Shown here: piece after piece, positions 1 through 13,000 of the stretch
Position numbering within the stretch: position 1 is the first letter of the stretch
Layout: every line of letters begins with the position of its first letter
Assembly: GCA_964187785.1 (NCBI GenBank)
Contig: OZ076411.1
Coordinates: forward strand, 66,588,001 to 66,652,000
Reading direction: 5' to 3'
Length of the DNA stretch: 64,000 bases
From: Amphiscolops sp. MND2022
Taxonomy: Eukaryota
Made by a program: the position numbers and the translations under genes
The notes under the pieces: generated by a model
What the model was told of the DNA's origin: nothing
Seen by the model: only the letters and a program-made list of their open reading frames with translations
The model's database searches: none

Positions 1-830
1 TCGCTATATCGTTGATGTAAAGTAAAAACAATAATGGCCCTAGAATTGACCCTTGAGGTACGCCAGTTTCAATTTTTTGACAGCTGGTAGTTTTACCTGA
101 TATACTTATGTATTGAACCCGGTCACTTAAATAGCTTCTCAAAAGGATATTGACTTCACCTCTAAAACCATATTCATACAATTTCATCAGTAAGATATCA
201 TGATCAAGTGTATCAAACGCTTTCTGTAGATCTATAAAACAAGCCTGACTGCTAGATTTTTTATCAATCTCATCCCTCATGTACTCAGTGACTAACATTA
301 TTGCGTCAGCACAAGATTTTTTTGATCGGAAACCAAACTGTGCAGATGTGAACAATTGATTTTTTTTCGCAGAAATTAATCATTCGTTGATACAAAAGTT
401 TTTCAAAAACTTTGCTTAGGGAACTTAATAAACTAATCGGGCGGTAATTTTCCAATTTAGCTCTATCACCTTTTATTTAAAGGTATTTATAAAGGAAAGT
501 ATTTATTTTAATGTATGCTGCACTAGCGGTTTTTTCAACTTGCTAGATTACACTGTCGTTGATTGTGCTTTTTGTGAGTCTGTGGTCTGTGGATCTGTAT
601 ATTAAATGTCCTTTCATTTTTTCCATTTTAGTATTGATCTCCTCTGTCAGGTTTTCCAATATTTTCTAATAACCTGTTCGTCTCTTAAGAACTTCTATCA
701 TCTTGATTGTTTCTTAAACAGCGCTTTTTGTTTTTGTATTATTTTTAATAGAACAATTTTCACAAGAAATGTCCACGTTTTACAATTTTCTAGTCTAAAA
801 ACTAAAGAGCACTAACCGGTGCTAAACGGT
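1..830 (-). mobile_element. Degraded non-LTR retrotransposon (CR1/L2-type) reverse transcriptase fragment, running off the left edge
   Basis: The minus strand translates to ENYRPISLLSSLSKVFEKLL (about 380-460), AQFGFRSKKSCADA, CFIDLQKAFDTLDHD (about 200-250) and GVPQGSILGPLLFLLYINDI (about 1-65). The frame is broken upstream. Confidence 0.85.
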
Positions 831-869
831 CTTTCCTTTAAACTTTCCTCACTTTTAAATCAACTACGA

Positions 870-1100
870 AAGTGAAAAAAGTACAAAGGGATTTGGATTT
901 TTTTGGCACTTTGCGCTTTTTTTCAAAAAAAAAATATTTCACCAAAGGGTCCCTTCTTTTGGTGGTTTCGGTGAGGAGCGACTTTTTCTGGGAAAACTAT
1001 TATTTGAAAAAAATACCTCCATCAAATTGTTTTTATTCGATGTTTTCAAGGAAAAGCCGTTTCTCGTGGCCACAGGGCGCCCTTTCGGATTTTTTGGATC
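870..1100. repeat. Copy of a dispersed AT-rich repeat family; related copies at about 12240-12460, 14300-14610 and 58760-59090
   Basis: The copies share motifs of the type cagtgccgaaaa, ttttcggcact and aaagggtccc, recognised by eye. Boundaries are approximate. Confidence 0.45.
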
Positions 1101-2939
1101 TCTGGAATGTTTGAGAATCTACAGAAAGCCACTTTAAGCATGTTTGTTTATGAATCGTTGCACTTTTTGAGCCAACTTGAGATGTTCTCGTTTTGTTCTA
1201 TTTTGCTCAATTTCATTTTTCTATCATATATTTTGGCCTATACTTATAGGTCATGTTTTCCAATTTTTGTTCGGTTCTGTCTGAAAATTTGACACATTTC
1301 GGATATTCATGTTCTCGATATCTACATTTTAGATTCGAAAGACTTTTTGCTCGCTGCTTTGATGGAAAGCTCTTAATTTTAAAAGATTCATGACTAGGTT
1401 TCTATTTTTAGGCTTTGTATATTGAGTTATCGGTGTTCACTAGAAGTGTTGCAAAAGTTAAAATCATCAGTAATCAAACTCATCTTAAGATGACAACATT
1501 CAATAATTCGGTTTTCACGGTCTTTTGTCATCTCGAAACGTTACTAAAACGATCACCGCTAAATATAGATGTGGCCTCGCAAGTTACGTAAACACATCTC
1601 ATCAATTGTTCGTATGAAAGTTCTGCATGACTTGAATATCATTCAACATCGAAACACTTCAAGTCTAGTTATTTAAAGGGTTAATTAATCGAATTATTAC
1701 CAAATCGTCCCTTAACGATTTTCCGCCAGCGTTTCATGTTGCAATTTTGATTTGTTAGTAGGAGGCATGTTGAAATAGAAGGGAGACGGAATTTAGAATG
1801 TAATGGATAGGATTATGTCGACGTCAATTATTTTAGTAACCAAATTTTCAACGCAAATGACGTCGACATATGGTATTTAAACCTTGTGTATTTCCCCCTG
1901 CGGCCGCTTGTGGGGGGGTACGACACATGGTCCCAATATAGTCATTTTTTGCTCCAATGAAATTGTGTAGGGACAAAATAGGACAAATTTTGATATTCAT
2001 TGGCAAGATTGGCAAGTATTAACGCAAATGTATAATTATATTCGTACGCGAACAACACGAAACTCAACTCAATCCTTCGGCCAAATATTGAAGAAAAATT
2101 GGCTTTATTTTTCTAGAAGTGACAAAAAATCCATTCAAGAAATGTTATTTCGACAATTTAAAATTTTTATTGATGGATGTTAATACAGTCGAAGAAGTGT
2201 ACAAAGGAGCTTTGCGTTCGAACCATATATTTTTTCTTCACAAAGTATCGCACAATCAAATACAGTACCGGAAAACTTGTTTGGCCATAAAGTTTGGAAT
2301 GCCTAATAATTTTCTCAAAAACTATCAGAATTTCCAAAAATTTTTTGACATTATTGTTTTTGGGGTTTCAACTAGTTACCAATCTTTTAATTGTGAGACT
2401 TTTGCCACCATTATGAGACACGTTTGTAAATAGTACTTGTTACATGTATTATTTTAGGAATCCACTTTGAAAGTCAAAATTGACAAAAAACTAGTCATTC
2501 ATAACTTTTTCACAATGTTCAAAATGCCCATCAATTTTTATTTGCACTTAGAACTTTTGAGATATCTAGTGTTTACATGAAAAGAGATAATCACAACTTC
2601 GAGGTCCCGATTCTATACCTAATCTCAATATGTGTACCAGATAAGTTTCATTGGAGTATGTTACCTAGGGCCTCAAAGCTTGTCAGTGCAATCAATGGAC
2701 AAATAAAAAAATAAAAACAGGCTGATAATTAAAAACTTATTTGGCAAGGTCGCTGCAAAAAATTTTCTCGATAATTTTTTTTCAATCCAACCTGTGACTC
2801 AATGCCGCATTGTCCGTATCGTTCGATATTTCCGAGCTCACTGTGTTAAAGATTGCTTAGTCTCAACGAAATTTCAGAATAGTTTCAGAGGAGCAGAACA
2901 AATCGAGCGGAAAGGTATTGGAATCCAGCACATAACCGG

Positions 2940-3472
2940 AGCATGATAATCCACCGTTTGGTAGAGTTAGCGAAAAACAAGTGAAAGCGGCAAATTTTAG
3001 GTCGTTGTCAGGGTGAGAATGGCTGGAAACAGTTGTCGGTTGAGCTTTTTCTTTGCTTTGGCTGCGGCTGGAGTGCATACGACGATGACTAGGATTGCTG
3101 TGTAGCGTAAACGTGCGGGATTTCCTGAAATGTGTACTTCGAGTTGCTGTTTATGGTGTCTGCTAGTTTGGCGAAGTTGTCAGGTGGCAGGTACAAATGT
3201 GCGGTAATTGAGGAACGCGTTGAGATAGGCAAGGCTTGCATAAGGTTTTCTGGAATTGCCTCGAGGTTGTGGTGATATTTGGTGGTGTCATGTCCTTGGC
3301 AATTCCAGATGAATTGGGACTCCAATTGTCGAAACCAAACAGTTGGGTTTGTCCGGTAGAATGGAGGTGGCTTCATTGTGACTCTGTTGACAGGTGCGTG
3401 TTGTAGTTTTTGGTGAAATGATGTTGAATTTGTAGTGTTGTCTCCGGATCCAACTTCGATGCTGTTCGGCAT
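2940..3472 (-). pseudogene. gag: gag of copy 3 (5' portion of element only)
   Basis: KPPPFYRTNPTVWFRQLESQF motif and a degenerate CX2HX9CX3C knuckle start (ICRFHLFFANSTKRW). Homology stops near 2940. Confidence 0.85.
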
Positions 3473-3739
3473 TCTAGTGGTATGGATATTTGGGTATGGA
3501 TTTTTTTCAGGTGATCATTCTGGTTTTCTTTATACGATATTGTGGTATCGATCTTCGGGTTTCGATACAGTCTCGTTTGCGTCTTGTTGCGTTACTGTAA
3601 CTTATTTTTTGGCTCTCTCTCTCTCTTGTCCTTTTTCATACACTTTTTTCATTGTTCCGGGGAGTAGAAAAGAAAAAGATTTACGAGACAATGATATAAA
3701 ATTGGCGAAATTTCTTTGTTTTCTTATTGGGTATTTTGA

Positions 3740-3757
3740 ATCACGTCGGGGTCACCA
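3740..3757 (-). promoter_or_regulatory. Primer-binding site complementary to the tRNA-Trp 3' end
   Basis: Plus-strand atcacgtcggggtcacca matches the 3' end of metazoan tRNA-Trp(CCA) including CCA. A degenerate copy lies at 7979-7996. Confidence 0.85.
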
Positions 3758-3930
3758 TTTTAAGTTTCAAAGAATTCCCTACTGAATTGACTATACCTAA
3801 ATAAAAATCCCAGCAGTGACAACGTCTGAATGAGGCAGCTGTATTATTTAGATCAAAAAATAAAAACTAAACAAACTGAACAAGATTACATAATAGCGTA
3901 ACACTAAGTTTCTATGAGAAAAAATAAACA
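3758..3930 (-). repeat. Probable short LTR (about 170 bp) shared between tandem copies; second copy about 7997-8169
   Basis: Lies between the PBS and a purine-rich tract on the minus strand (ggctggggggatgagagcca before tgttgac at 8169). Edges are inferred, because homology extends past them on both sides. Confidence 0.55.
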
Positions 3931-4103
3931 TGGGTTCCATCCTCCAAAACGGGGTCCAAATGAAAAGCTGTGTGATCATCTATTTTACACTAGCTTACAA
4001 CTGCGATTTAAATGGTTACAAAGAATTTTTAACGAAAAAAATAAAGAAGGAAAGTTCAAAAGGTTCAAACTTTTTCGTGTCGTCGGCATCTGCTGTGATT
4101 TGG

Positions 4104-4535
4104 TTATGCATCTGCGGGTTCCACGATTGTGACTCTTTTACTTGTTGACGTTCTGCAGCTTGGACAAAACCATGTAGTTAGTGGATGTTTTCTGACTGAT
4201 ACGCAGTCATAAGGATACAATGCAATTTTGCAGTTTTTGTTGCAACCTTTGGTCAATTCCCTGTTGTATGGTTGTTGGCAATAGCAATAAACTTCTGTGG
4301 ATAATGTGGGTGATTGCAGGTGATGAGGTTCAATTTTTTGCGACCAAATGAAATTTTGCATGGTTTGAGGCGTTGAATGATGACAATGGTATGATCGTTT
4401 TTTCTCAATTGTTGCTGTAGATGAATCTTTGTTGACTTTGATGAACTCGTGCAGTCCAGTGGAAGGTCTTCCAAGGGTTGCTTTACTCGGTCCGGTCCAC
4501 GCAGAACCAAACGCATTTACAGTTGTGGTCTGCAC
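4104..4535 (-). pseudogene. Integrase C-terminal extension: GPY/F-like segment followed by an ING-like PHD finger (about 4150-4296)
   Basis: EVYCYCQQPYNRELTKGCNKNCKIALYPYDCVSVRKHPLTTWFCPSC has C4HC3 spacing, with P at the His position one base from His. A partly deleted second copy lies at 8545-8760. Confidence 0.8.
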
Positions 4536-4539
4536 GTGG

Positions 4540-7100
4540 GATTAAGGTCTTTTGTGTTGAATGTTGACTGATATTTTTCGTGAAGTGTTTTGACTAAGGC
4601 AAGAGCAATTGGTGCTGTCTTTTTTGCAACTGTTGTCGTGTATAGTACACCAAGTCCTGATGTGGCTGCTAGCGATGTAATGGAATTGCTGTCCGGTTTT
4701 GATCTCATTTCGAAAAAAAACTACGGGTAGTGCTGCTATCCAATCGGTCTTTGAAGACATTACCGCTGCTGTGAGGGTTCGATGAAAACGTTCGACCTTT
4801 CCATTGCGGTATGGGTGAAATGAATTTGTACGGAGTCTGCAAAATCCAAGAGTTCGAAAAAAGTGAGCTAATAATTGACATTCAAATTGGGTTCCACGGT
4901 CAGTCGTGATGTACAATGATACTCCGAAGCGAGAAAACGAAGATATCAGAAATGGGTGACAAACGTTTTCGGCAGTGATGGAATGGACTGGGTGGGCTTC
5001 AATCCAATTTGTGCTGCGGTCGATGAAGGTAACGACGTATCAGAATGGAGAATTGTTGATGGCAGGCGGTGGTTCTACACTATACATGTGAACGAGGATG
5101 AAACCGGCAATGGCTACATTGACTTGACGTGTTGGAGGATGTACAAGGCGGGTGATTTTTATCTATTGGCAAGTGAGGCAATTGTGGCGCCTTTTTTTGA
5201 TAATGGGTTGGGCATTTGGCCACGTGAAGCGGGCAAGGATCATCCGTGACGTTGATTTCCAGTTGCTGTGGCAAAAGTTGGGAAATTACGCGAAGATTGG
5301 ATAACGGCATTGTTCGGTCAGGTTAGGGTGCGGAAGATTGCTTTTATCACAAGTGAGAGTTGTGGATCCAATGCTGATCATCTTCGTTCCATGTGGGTTT
5401 TGTTCTGACATCTGCTGTTGAAATGACCTGAAGTGTCCTGAAGGCTGGCAATTCTTTGTAGATCGTAGGTGTCGATGAAAACTGTTGACGTTAATGCTAC
5501 GAATAATGATGTTTAGCCGGTTCCTGGTCACGAAAGGCAGTCGGCTACACATTTGTTGATCCTGAGATATGTTGAATTTCGTCAATGTCTTCTGCTAGTT
5601 GACAAATTGTCGGGGGTTGATGGTGTTGTTCTGGCTTCGTTGAAGTGAACTGGTGATTGGTTTGTGTGGTTTGTGGTCTGCGAAAACTACGGTATTGCGT
5701 CCATCAACCAGATGTTTGAACTTTGTTGCTGCTGCGAAGATAGGAAAGCGTTCCTTATCTTATGTGCTGAAAAAAAATGCAATAGGGCGACTAATGCTGT
5801 CTGTTGTCTCGTGTAGATGCTAATGAGAAGCATCTGTAGTGAGGGAGAGTGTTAAACTCTTTGTGGGGTGATGAAGAAGTGTTGCATTAGCGAGTGCAGT
5901 CTTCAAAGAAGCGAAGGCTTTGCGGTGATTTGGTTGGTTCTGGTAGTTCTGAGAGGGTCTTGGTCCTTGCTGTCTGCGGTTTTATTCCTTCGGATGTGGT
6001 CGTGTAATCTAAAACGTCTATTTCGTGTTGTATCCATAAGCATTTTCGAAATTAATGCATAGTCCAAACTTCTCGAAGCGGGTGAAGAACTCTACTAGTG
6101 CGTTGATGTGATCAACCGAAGTGTTGCTGGCGACGAGTAAATCATCAGCGTTGGCGAATACATCTGGCAAGCCGCTGATGACTTCGTTGATGAATGATTG
6201 AAATGTTTTACCGGCGTTCTTCAGTCCGAAATACATGCGATGAAACTCAAAGAATCCGAAAGGAGTCGTAATGGCTGTCTTCTCAAAGTCGTCGAGATGC
6301 ATGGGAATTTGGCCACAAGCTTTGACCAAGTCTAGTTTGCTGAAGACATGTTTGTCGTGGAGTGCGAACAATGAAGGCTGTGGGAGTGAGTAAGAATCGC
6401 AAACTGTGATTTGGTTGAGGGCGCGGTAGTCTCCACACGGTCGCTAGTCTCCGGTTTCCTGTTCCGGTACCATATGCAGAGGCTATACGTCTGAGTTTGT
6501 TACTGGTCGGATGATTCCTAAGCGTTGCATTTTGACGAAAGATGATTTTGCGATCGATACTTTTCCAGGGCAAAGCTTTTTAGGCGTACAAAAATTAGGT
6601 TGATTCGAAACGGCGATGCGATGAGTGGCATTGTGAGTACATGGCGTGTTGAAGTAGACGTCTCCGGAAATTGATGCATGCTGTTCCTTTAACTTTCTGA
6701 GAGCTGTGTCGGTTGTTTAAGACAGGTCCAAAGGAACGACTAAACTCGGGCTATGACTTGGTGGTGCCGGTGAATTGTTGCGTGTTAAAGTGAAATTGGT
6801 GACGTTGTCGGTAACTGTTAAGTTGAGCCAGTTGATGTTTATGTCTTTGTCTCTTCAGATATCCAATCCTAAAATGTTGTCGTTAACGTCGGCGATGTAG
6901 AAGGTGAAATTGTGGTTGCGTCGGAGGCAAGGTATGGCGATTGTGAGCGTCATTTTTGATAGGCCTCCGTTTAATGTTTTAAAATTCGTTGTTGACGAGT
7001 GGTAATTTGATGATTGATTTCATTGAATCATTGATCCAGTGTCGGCGATGGAACTTGTTTTCTGTGAGTCGATTTTGTCGGCAAGGCGGATGCATATGGG
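4540..7100 (-). pseudogene. pol: pol of copy 2 (protease, RT, RNase H, integrase), disrupted
   Basis: DTGS at 7032-7043; RT motifs in ORFs 6018-6371 and 6283-6573; RNase H about 5640-5840; integrase core 4542-5100 (FIDRSTNWIEAHP, FGVSLYITTDRG). Confidence 0.9.
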
Positions 7101-7149
7101 ATCACCAGTCGTTGCTGCCACATGACGGTTCGATGTGTGTGGTCATCGG

Positions 7150-7710
7150 TCCAGTCGACTTACACAAGGGCTTCCACCGTTTCGCAGAGTTATCGAAAAA
7201 CAAGTCAAAGCGGCAAGTTTTAGGTAGTTGTCCGGGTTAGAATGGCTGGAAATAGTTGTCGGTTGACCAGTTTCTTTGCTTTGGCTGTGGCTGGTGTGCA
7301 TACGACGATGACGAGGATTGCCGTGTAGCGTACACGTGCGGGATTTCCTGAAATGTGTCTTTCGAGTTGCTGTTTATGGTGTCGGCTAGTTTGGCGAATT
7401 TGTTGGGTGGCAGGTCCAAATGTTCGGTAATTGAGGAACGCGTTGAGATAGGCAAGACTTGCATAAGGTTTTCTGGAATTTCCTCGAGGTTGTGGTGATA
7501 TTTGGTGGTGTCCTTGGCAATTCCAGCTAAGATGAATTGGGACTCCAAGTGTCGAAACCAAACAGTTGGGTTTGTCCGGTAGAATGGAGGTGGCTTCATT
7601 GTGACACTGTTGACAGGTGCGTGTTGCATTTCTGGGTGAGATGATGTTGAAGTTGTAGTGTTGTCTCCGGATCCAAATTCGATGGTGTTAGGCATTCTAG
7701 TGGTATGCAT
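7150..7710 (-). pseudogene. gag: gag of copy 2
   Basis: ORF 7237-7710 MKPPPFYRTNPTVWFRHLESQFILAGIAKDTTKYHH, followed by CRFDLFFDNSAKRWKPLC (eroded CX2HX9CX3C). Confidence 0.85.
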
Positions 7711-8319
7711 ATTTGGGTATGGGTTTTATTTCTGGTGATCATTCTGAATTTATTTATACGCTATTCTTGTATCGATCTTCGGGTTTCGATACAATCTCGT
7801 TTTCTTCTTAATGCGTTACTGTAATTTATTTTGTATCTCTCTCTCTCTCTTGTCTTTTTTCATACACTTTTTTTTACTGTTACGGGGAGGAGAAAAGAAA
7901 AAGATTTACGAGACAATGATTTAAAATTGGAGAATTATTTGTTTGGAGAAAAATATGTTTTCATATTGGATATTTTGAATCACGTCGGATTCATCAATTT
8001 ATGTTTCATAGAATTCCCTACTGAATTGACTAAACCTAAATGAAAATCGCAGCTGTAACAACGTCTGAATGAGGCAGCTGTGTTATTCAGTTCAAACAAT
8101 AAAAACTAAACAAGCTGAACAAGTTTACACAATAGCGTAGTACTAAGCTTCCATACGAAAATGTCAACATGGCTCTCATCCCCCCAGCCTCATCAGATTA
8201 CACTAGCTTACAACTGCGATTGTCATGGGTTCAAAGAAATTTCAACAAAAACTTTTAAAGAAGGAGAGTTCAAAATGTTTAAGGTTTTTCGTGTCGTCGG
8301 CATCTGCTGTGATTTGGTA

Positions 8320-8545
8320 CATAGCATACAGCGGAAATAATATCTAAAGTCAAAAAAGGGAATAAGATCTAAAGGGAACAAGATCTAAGTTTTCAGGGCC
8401 TGAATAAGATCTAAAAGGTATAAGATCTAAAATCACTAAAATTTAGATCTTATTTTTTAGATTCTATTCCCCTCCACAAATAGCTATGGCTCAGTTGGTG
8501 AAGGCGAGCAGGGTGGAAAATATCCCGGTGCTTAACGGGCGTCTT
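8320..8545. repeat. Insertion in the Gypsy 3' region: about 6 copies of (t)aagatctaa plus a tRNA-like (SINE) head at about 8480-8540
   Basis: Absent from the homologous position near 4105-4130. It contains gctatggctcagttggt, resembling a Pol III A-box. Confidence 0.55.
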
Positions 8546-10035
8546 GTTACTCTTTTACTTGTTGACGTTCTGCAGCTTGGACAAAACCATGTAGTTAGTG
8601 GATGTTTTCTGAGTGATACGCAATTCATAGCAAAAAACTTCTGTGGATACTGTGGGTGATTGCATGTGATGAGGTTTAATTTTTTGCGACCAAATGAAAT
8701 TGTGCATGGTTTGAGGCGTTGAATGCTGACGATGATATGATCGTTGTGTTTCTTATTTGGTGCTGCTTAAACCTTTGTTGATTTTGATGAGCTCGTGTGG
8801 TCCAGTCGAAGGTCTTCCAAGCGTTGCTTTACTCGGTCCGCGCGCAACCAAACGAATTTACAGTTGTGGAGTGCACGTGGGATGAAGGTGTTTTGTGTTG
8901 AATGTTGTCTGATATTTTTGGTGAAATGTTTTGACGAAGGCAAGAGCAATTTGTGCTGTCTTTTCTAATACCACAGATCTTGGAAACCAAAAGTAACTGG
9001 CAGCAAAAGCTCGTTTCGAAACACCGAAACAAGCTAAAACAACTAATCTCTCCGGTTTTCCGAGTTTTATATTTTATCCGATTTGAATATGCCCAATAGT
9101 GGAATATATCCGCTGATATTTGAAACATTTCCGCCCGAGTGGCGGATATATTCGCGATCCCACTGTTTAAATGGGAAATTTAGGGTGACTAAAGTATTAA
9201 AAACTAACACATCTTTTATTGTGTTTAAACGGAATCTTTTTGCTGTGTTTTTGAGGCAGTTTTTTATTCGTTCTCACTTCAATTCAGTCAATCTACGTGG
9301 TAGGTGTACAAGTTGTTGGTCCACCGAGCAAGTTGAAAGATTTTCAGGGCCGCTCAAGCCACTAAGGAGTAACAGTTTTCAAGCCAAGGTGCCCGACAAA
9401 AGTTACCTACCATCTGACGCAGTTTTGACGTAGTATCTTTTTTCAAAAATAACTTTTGAAATCAAACTTTCAACTTGTAGTTTTTCATTTCTTTCGCTTT
9501 ATATCCTAGATGCCAGATTAGCTTTTTATCTCTCGAGTGTGATAGATAGATAATATGGCAGTGCCACTGATTATCACGCACTTCAATTTTCAATTTTCTT
9601 TCTTTGAAGGAAGTTTTTTATCTTTCAGATCTAGTTCGAACCCTGTGTAAGACTATGGCAAAACTCAATTGCAATTCATCTATTTCATTCAGATTTTCCG
9701 ACAATGTTCGCATTTTTGTTTCAATTTAAAGACTGACCCACTGGTAATTTATACATTTTCAATCGAGCTTTCACCTTTTCGGCTTTGAAATTGAAACTGA
9801 ATTCTTGGAGGGTTTAACAGTTATGTGCAGCGCAGTTCTTTGTAAGTGTACCCATGGGTGTCTATGATAAAGCATGATTCTTCAACCTGCCTTCAAATGC
9901 ACAAATTGACGAACTTTGGACATACAAATAAATGTCGTTTCCAGATTTTTTTGGAGAAAACAAGAAAATTGGTGTTGATTGACCGCTGTCACTTCTCGAG
10001 GCCTTAGCTCGCACAGGTAGAAAGAGACTTTGTAA

Positions 10036-13000
10036 TCACGTCTGAAATGCTGAATTGCCATGCTGGTATGTTGGTGACCTACGTATGCAAAAATTGAAAC
10101 CACGTGAGCCGAACTTTGCGCTTTCTCCTCCCGCCAAAACAATGAGACACGTCCGAAAGATTAACAACATACACCATGGTGTAAAAATAATTGAACTTTA
10201 TGCTAAAGTTGCTTTCACGTAAAAATCAAGCTAGTACATGTATGTTTAATGATGACTTCATTTTTCAATAACTTGGTTATCATAATTGCACAGTTTTCAT
10301 ACCATGTGAACAAAAAAACAATTTTCACTGTTTAAAATTGTAAAATTCGTTAATAAGGCACTTGAAACCTTACAAATTTTCTGTCAATCTTATATAGTAG
10401 AGCTCTTATTACGTAATCAAACTTCAATTAAGGACGGTTCGAGTCTTCGGAAAATGTCTAGACGTCTCTACATTATCACTTTTGACGAGTAAACTTATAT
10501 CGCTGCAAAGAAAAGTCGTCAATTCATTTTGAAAAGACAAGTGACATCATTTTGAAAAGACAAGACATTTTGAAATCACTTTGAAAAGACCAGTGGTTTG
10601 TTTGACTTTCAAATCTTTTAGTCTGAGTTGATTAAGCTTTTCAATCATTCAAATGATTAAAAGTTTTCAAGGTCAAACAAACCACTTGTCTTTTCAAAGT
10701 GAGCTACACTGATAACGTTTTCTTATTAAGAGATATAGGGTGAAGTGTTTTCAGTCCTATAGGAATCAATATATTGATTCTTGGTTCAATCCTGTTATGT
10801 CAAAACTCAGTGCACACGATTTATTTTAAACTATTTCCCACCATTCTAGATTTCAATTCCAAAAAGTTCTGGTCGTTCAAGCTGTAGAGTTAAACTAAAG
10901 ATTTGGGCCAAGAACTAAAAAAATCAGGTTTTGTCTCGATTTATGTTCTGCGTTTGGCCAAGAGACAAAAAATAATGCTTCAACAATAATCCGTAGATTT
11001 CTTCTGATTGTTCAGTTTATTAGAACATACTGCATATGTGGATGTTGGAGAGTACTGAGAACAAAAGACGACTGACCTTTTTCGGAGGAGGTCAAAAATG
11101 GCCAGCACCAGTGCCAGGAAGAGGATGATGCCGGTGATGGGCAGAATTCTGTTGGCCAGCGGGATGTCCGACACTGTTCTGTGGTCTGAAAAACGTCACA
11201 ATTGTTTCTATCGAATTATCCCGGATGTTACAAACAAATAATTCAACTGTTTTAGCATTTTCAAAAGCAGCGTTGCTTCGCAAGAGGCCAATTATTTGGA
11301 ATCGAAAAGTGCACCTAAGTTATTTAGAGTCAACATATTCAGCATCAAATTATCCTGGATTCAGCTCAATAAAAGTGGGAGAAAGCCCGCAGCTCAGCAA
11401 GGGTGACAAAGAAGCCCGACAGATGGGGCAATAACGTGATGATTTCAAAAATTGAGCAGGAATCGGCCACCGAAGAAGCTAGCCTCCCCAGTGTGATTGA
11501 AATCCCAGCACCAAAGGCAATGTAGACAAAACTGCCGCTGGAAACTTTTAAACTAACATTAATCAAGTGTTTTGTGTTAAACTTAACTGGATACAAAAAT
11601 CCGAACAATGTAAAGTTCTTTTTAGTTAACTAGCCAGTATGTATCTTTTGGAGCTAGTTGTTATCATTGAATTTAACATGTTAAATTGTGTGAGTACCAA
11701 TACCCCTATGGCGCTATTTTGAATTCATTGAAGTACATTTGTAAATCGTTCCCCCTTCACCTCCAATCCTAGAGAGGGGAGTGTGCTAGAGCACTTGTTG
11801 TACACTAGATAAAACAAGAGTGTGAAAATAATTAAATACACTATTTGTTAAAAACCTGTCAAAATAAGCAGAAGTGGCAAAAGAAAACAATCTGCCAATC
11901 CAGACAGTTACGCCATACAATACAGTTTCTCACACTACATCTCTCTTCTTACTAGCTTCATTCTCCAGTTCAGCTAGACTATAACACTCCCCTTCAATTT
12001 TTTTGATGATTTGCGACAGAATGGATGGAAAATCTCAGAGTGTCCCTCGGTTGAACTTTTGGGTTTTTCGGGTACTGTAGAAGAGAATAAATTGATACTT
12101 CGAAGTCCTTTCGCTATTTTTGAGCCTTAGATATGGCGCTGACGTAGGCCGTTCCCGGCTTGTTAGGCAGAACTTTTCTTGTTTTTCTCAAGACTCACAG
12201 TGAAATGGACACTTTTTTGTTCAGTTGATGCAACGAAACGAACGCCTCAGAAACGCATTTAAATTGGTAAAAGAGCGCCCCTCTCATTTTTCTGTTTTAA
12301 CGTAACATACAAAACAGTACGAGACAAAAGGGTGCCTCTTCCAATTTTTTGTGCACTGTAGACTTTCTTTTTGAAAAATGTATCCCATTTTTTGATATTT
12401 TGCGAATTAGTTCTGAAATTAGGTTTTCTAAAAAAACATCCACAAAATTTTTTCAAATACTCTCGGCGTTATATCTGAAGTAAGTTGCTGAAAATATCAC
12501 TCAAGAGGTTCGAAAATATTGGGCTATATCCGAATTTTTGAGGCTATATCCGAACTTAATTGCGTTCTACAACGGAGGAGGCGGATGTTCCAAAAAGTGC
12601 TCCCATTTGTCCCAGCACACTATATCCGAACTTTTGAACCGTTTTCCGAGCAGGAACGCACCCTTTGGGTGTTTCGACATTTTTGGTGAGTTTTTCGTTG
12701 ATGGTCCTAAGCATAATTTTGCGCTTTTCGAGCCTTAAGTGTAGCGTCGACTTGAGACGTTCCCGTCTAATTAGAAGTTGAATAAGTTTCAACAAAATAT
12801 GCTTAGCAGAAGACTCCCTGGTATCACCTTACTCGTCAAAGTTATAAGAAACTGTTAGCAAGATGTTATGATACGCAACACGCAAGACTTCAGTCTTAGC
12901 AATGCCAACTTTTTCCTCCTAATTTCTAGTGAGCATGAAACTGAAAACAGATTAGAACGCTCTTTGATTACAAAGAACCAATTCATTCCGAAATAACATG

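Larger units (their letters stand above)
2940..8965 (-). mobile_element. Tandem array of Ty3/Gypsy CsRn1-lineage LTR retrotransposon: 3' end of copy 1, LTR, full degraded copy 2, LTR, 5' end of copy 3
   Basis: 2970-4100 is homologous to 7190-8320, and 4130-4630 to 8545-8965. The minus-strand order is gag, protease (IADTGS), RT (RPCGDYRALN, ADDLLVAS), RNase H (TTDAS), integrase (ITTDRGTQFE, NGKVERFHRTL), GPY/F-like, PHD. There are many stops and frameshifts. Confidence 0.9.

Noticed and set aside
8480-8540. Functional tRNA genes here and at 25622-25700 and 42480-42520
   Set aside because: Only A-box or B-box-like pieces are present, with no complete cloverleaf. They are treated as SINE-like heads.
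11366-11608. Hydrophobic minus-strand ORF as a transporter exon
   Set aside because: The opposite strand reads as a retrotransposon integrase tail leading to a PPT and LTR, and there is no usable splice donor.
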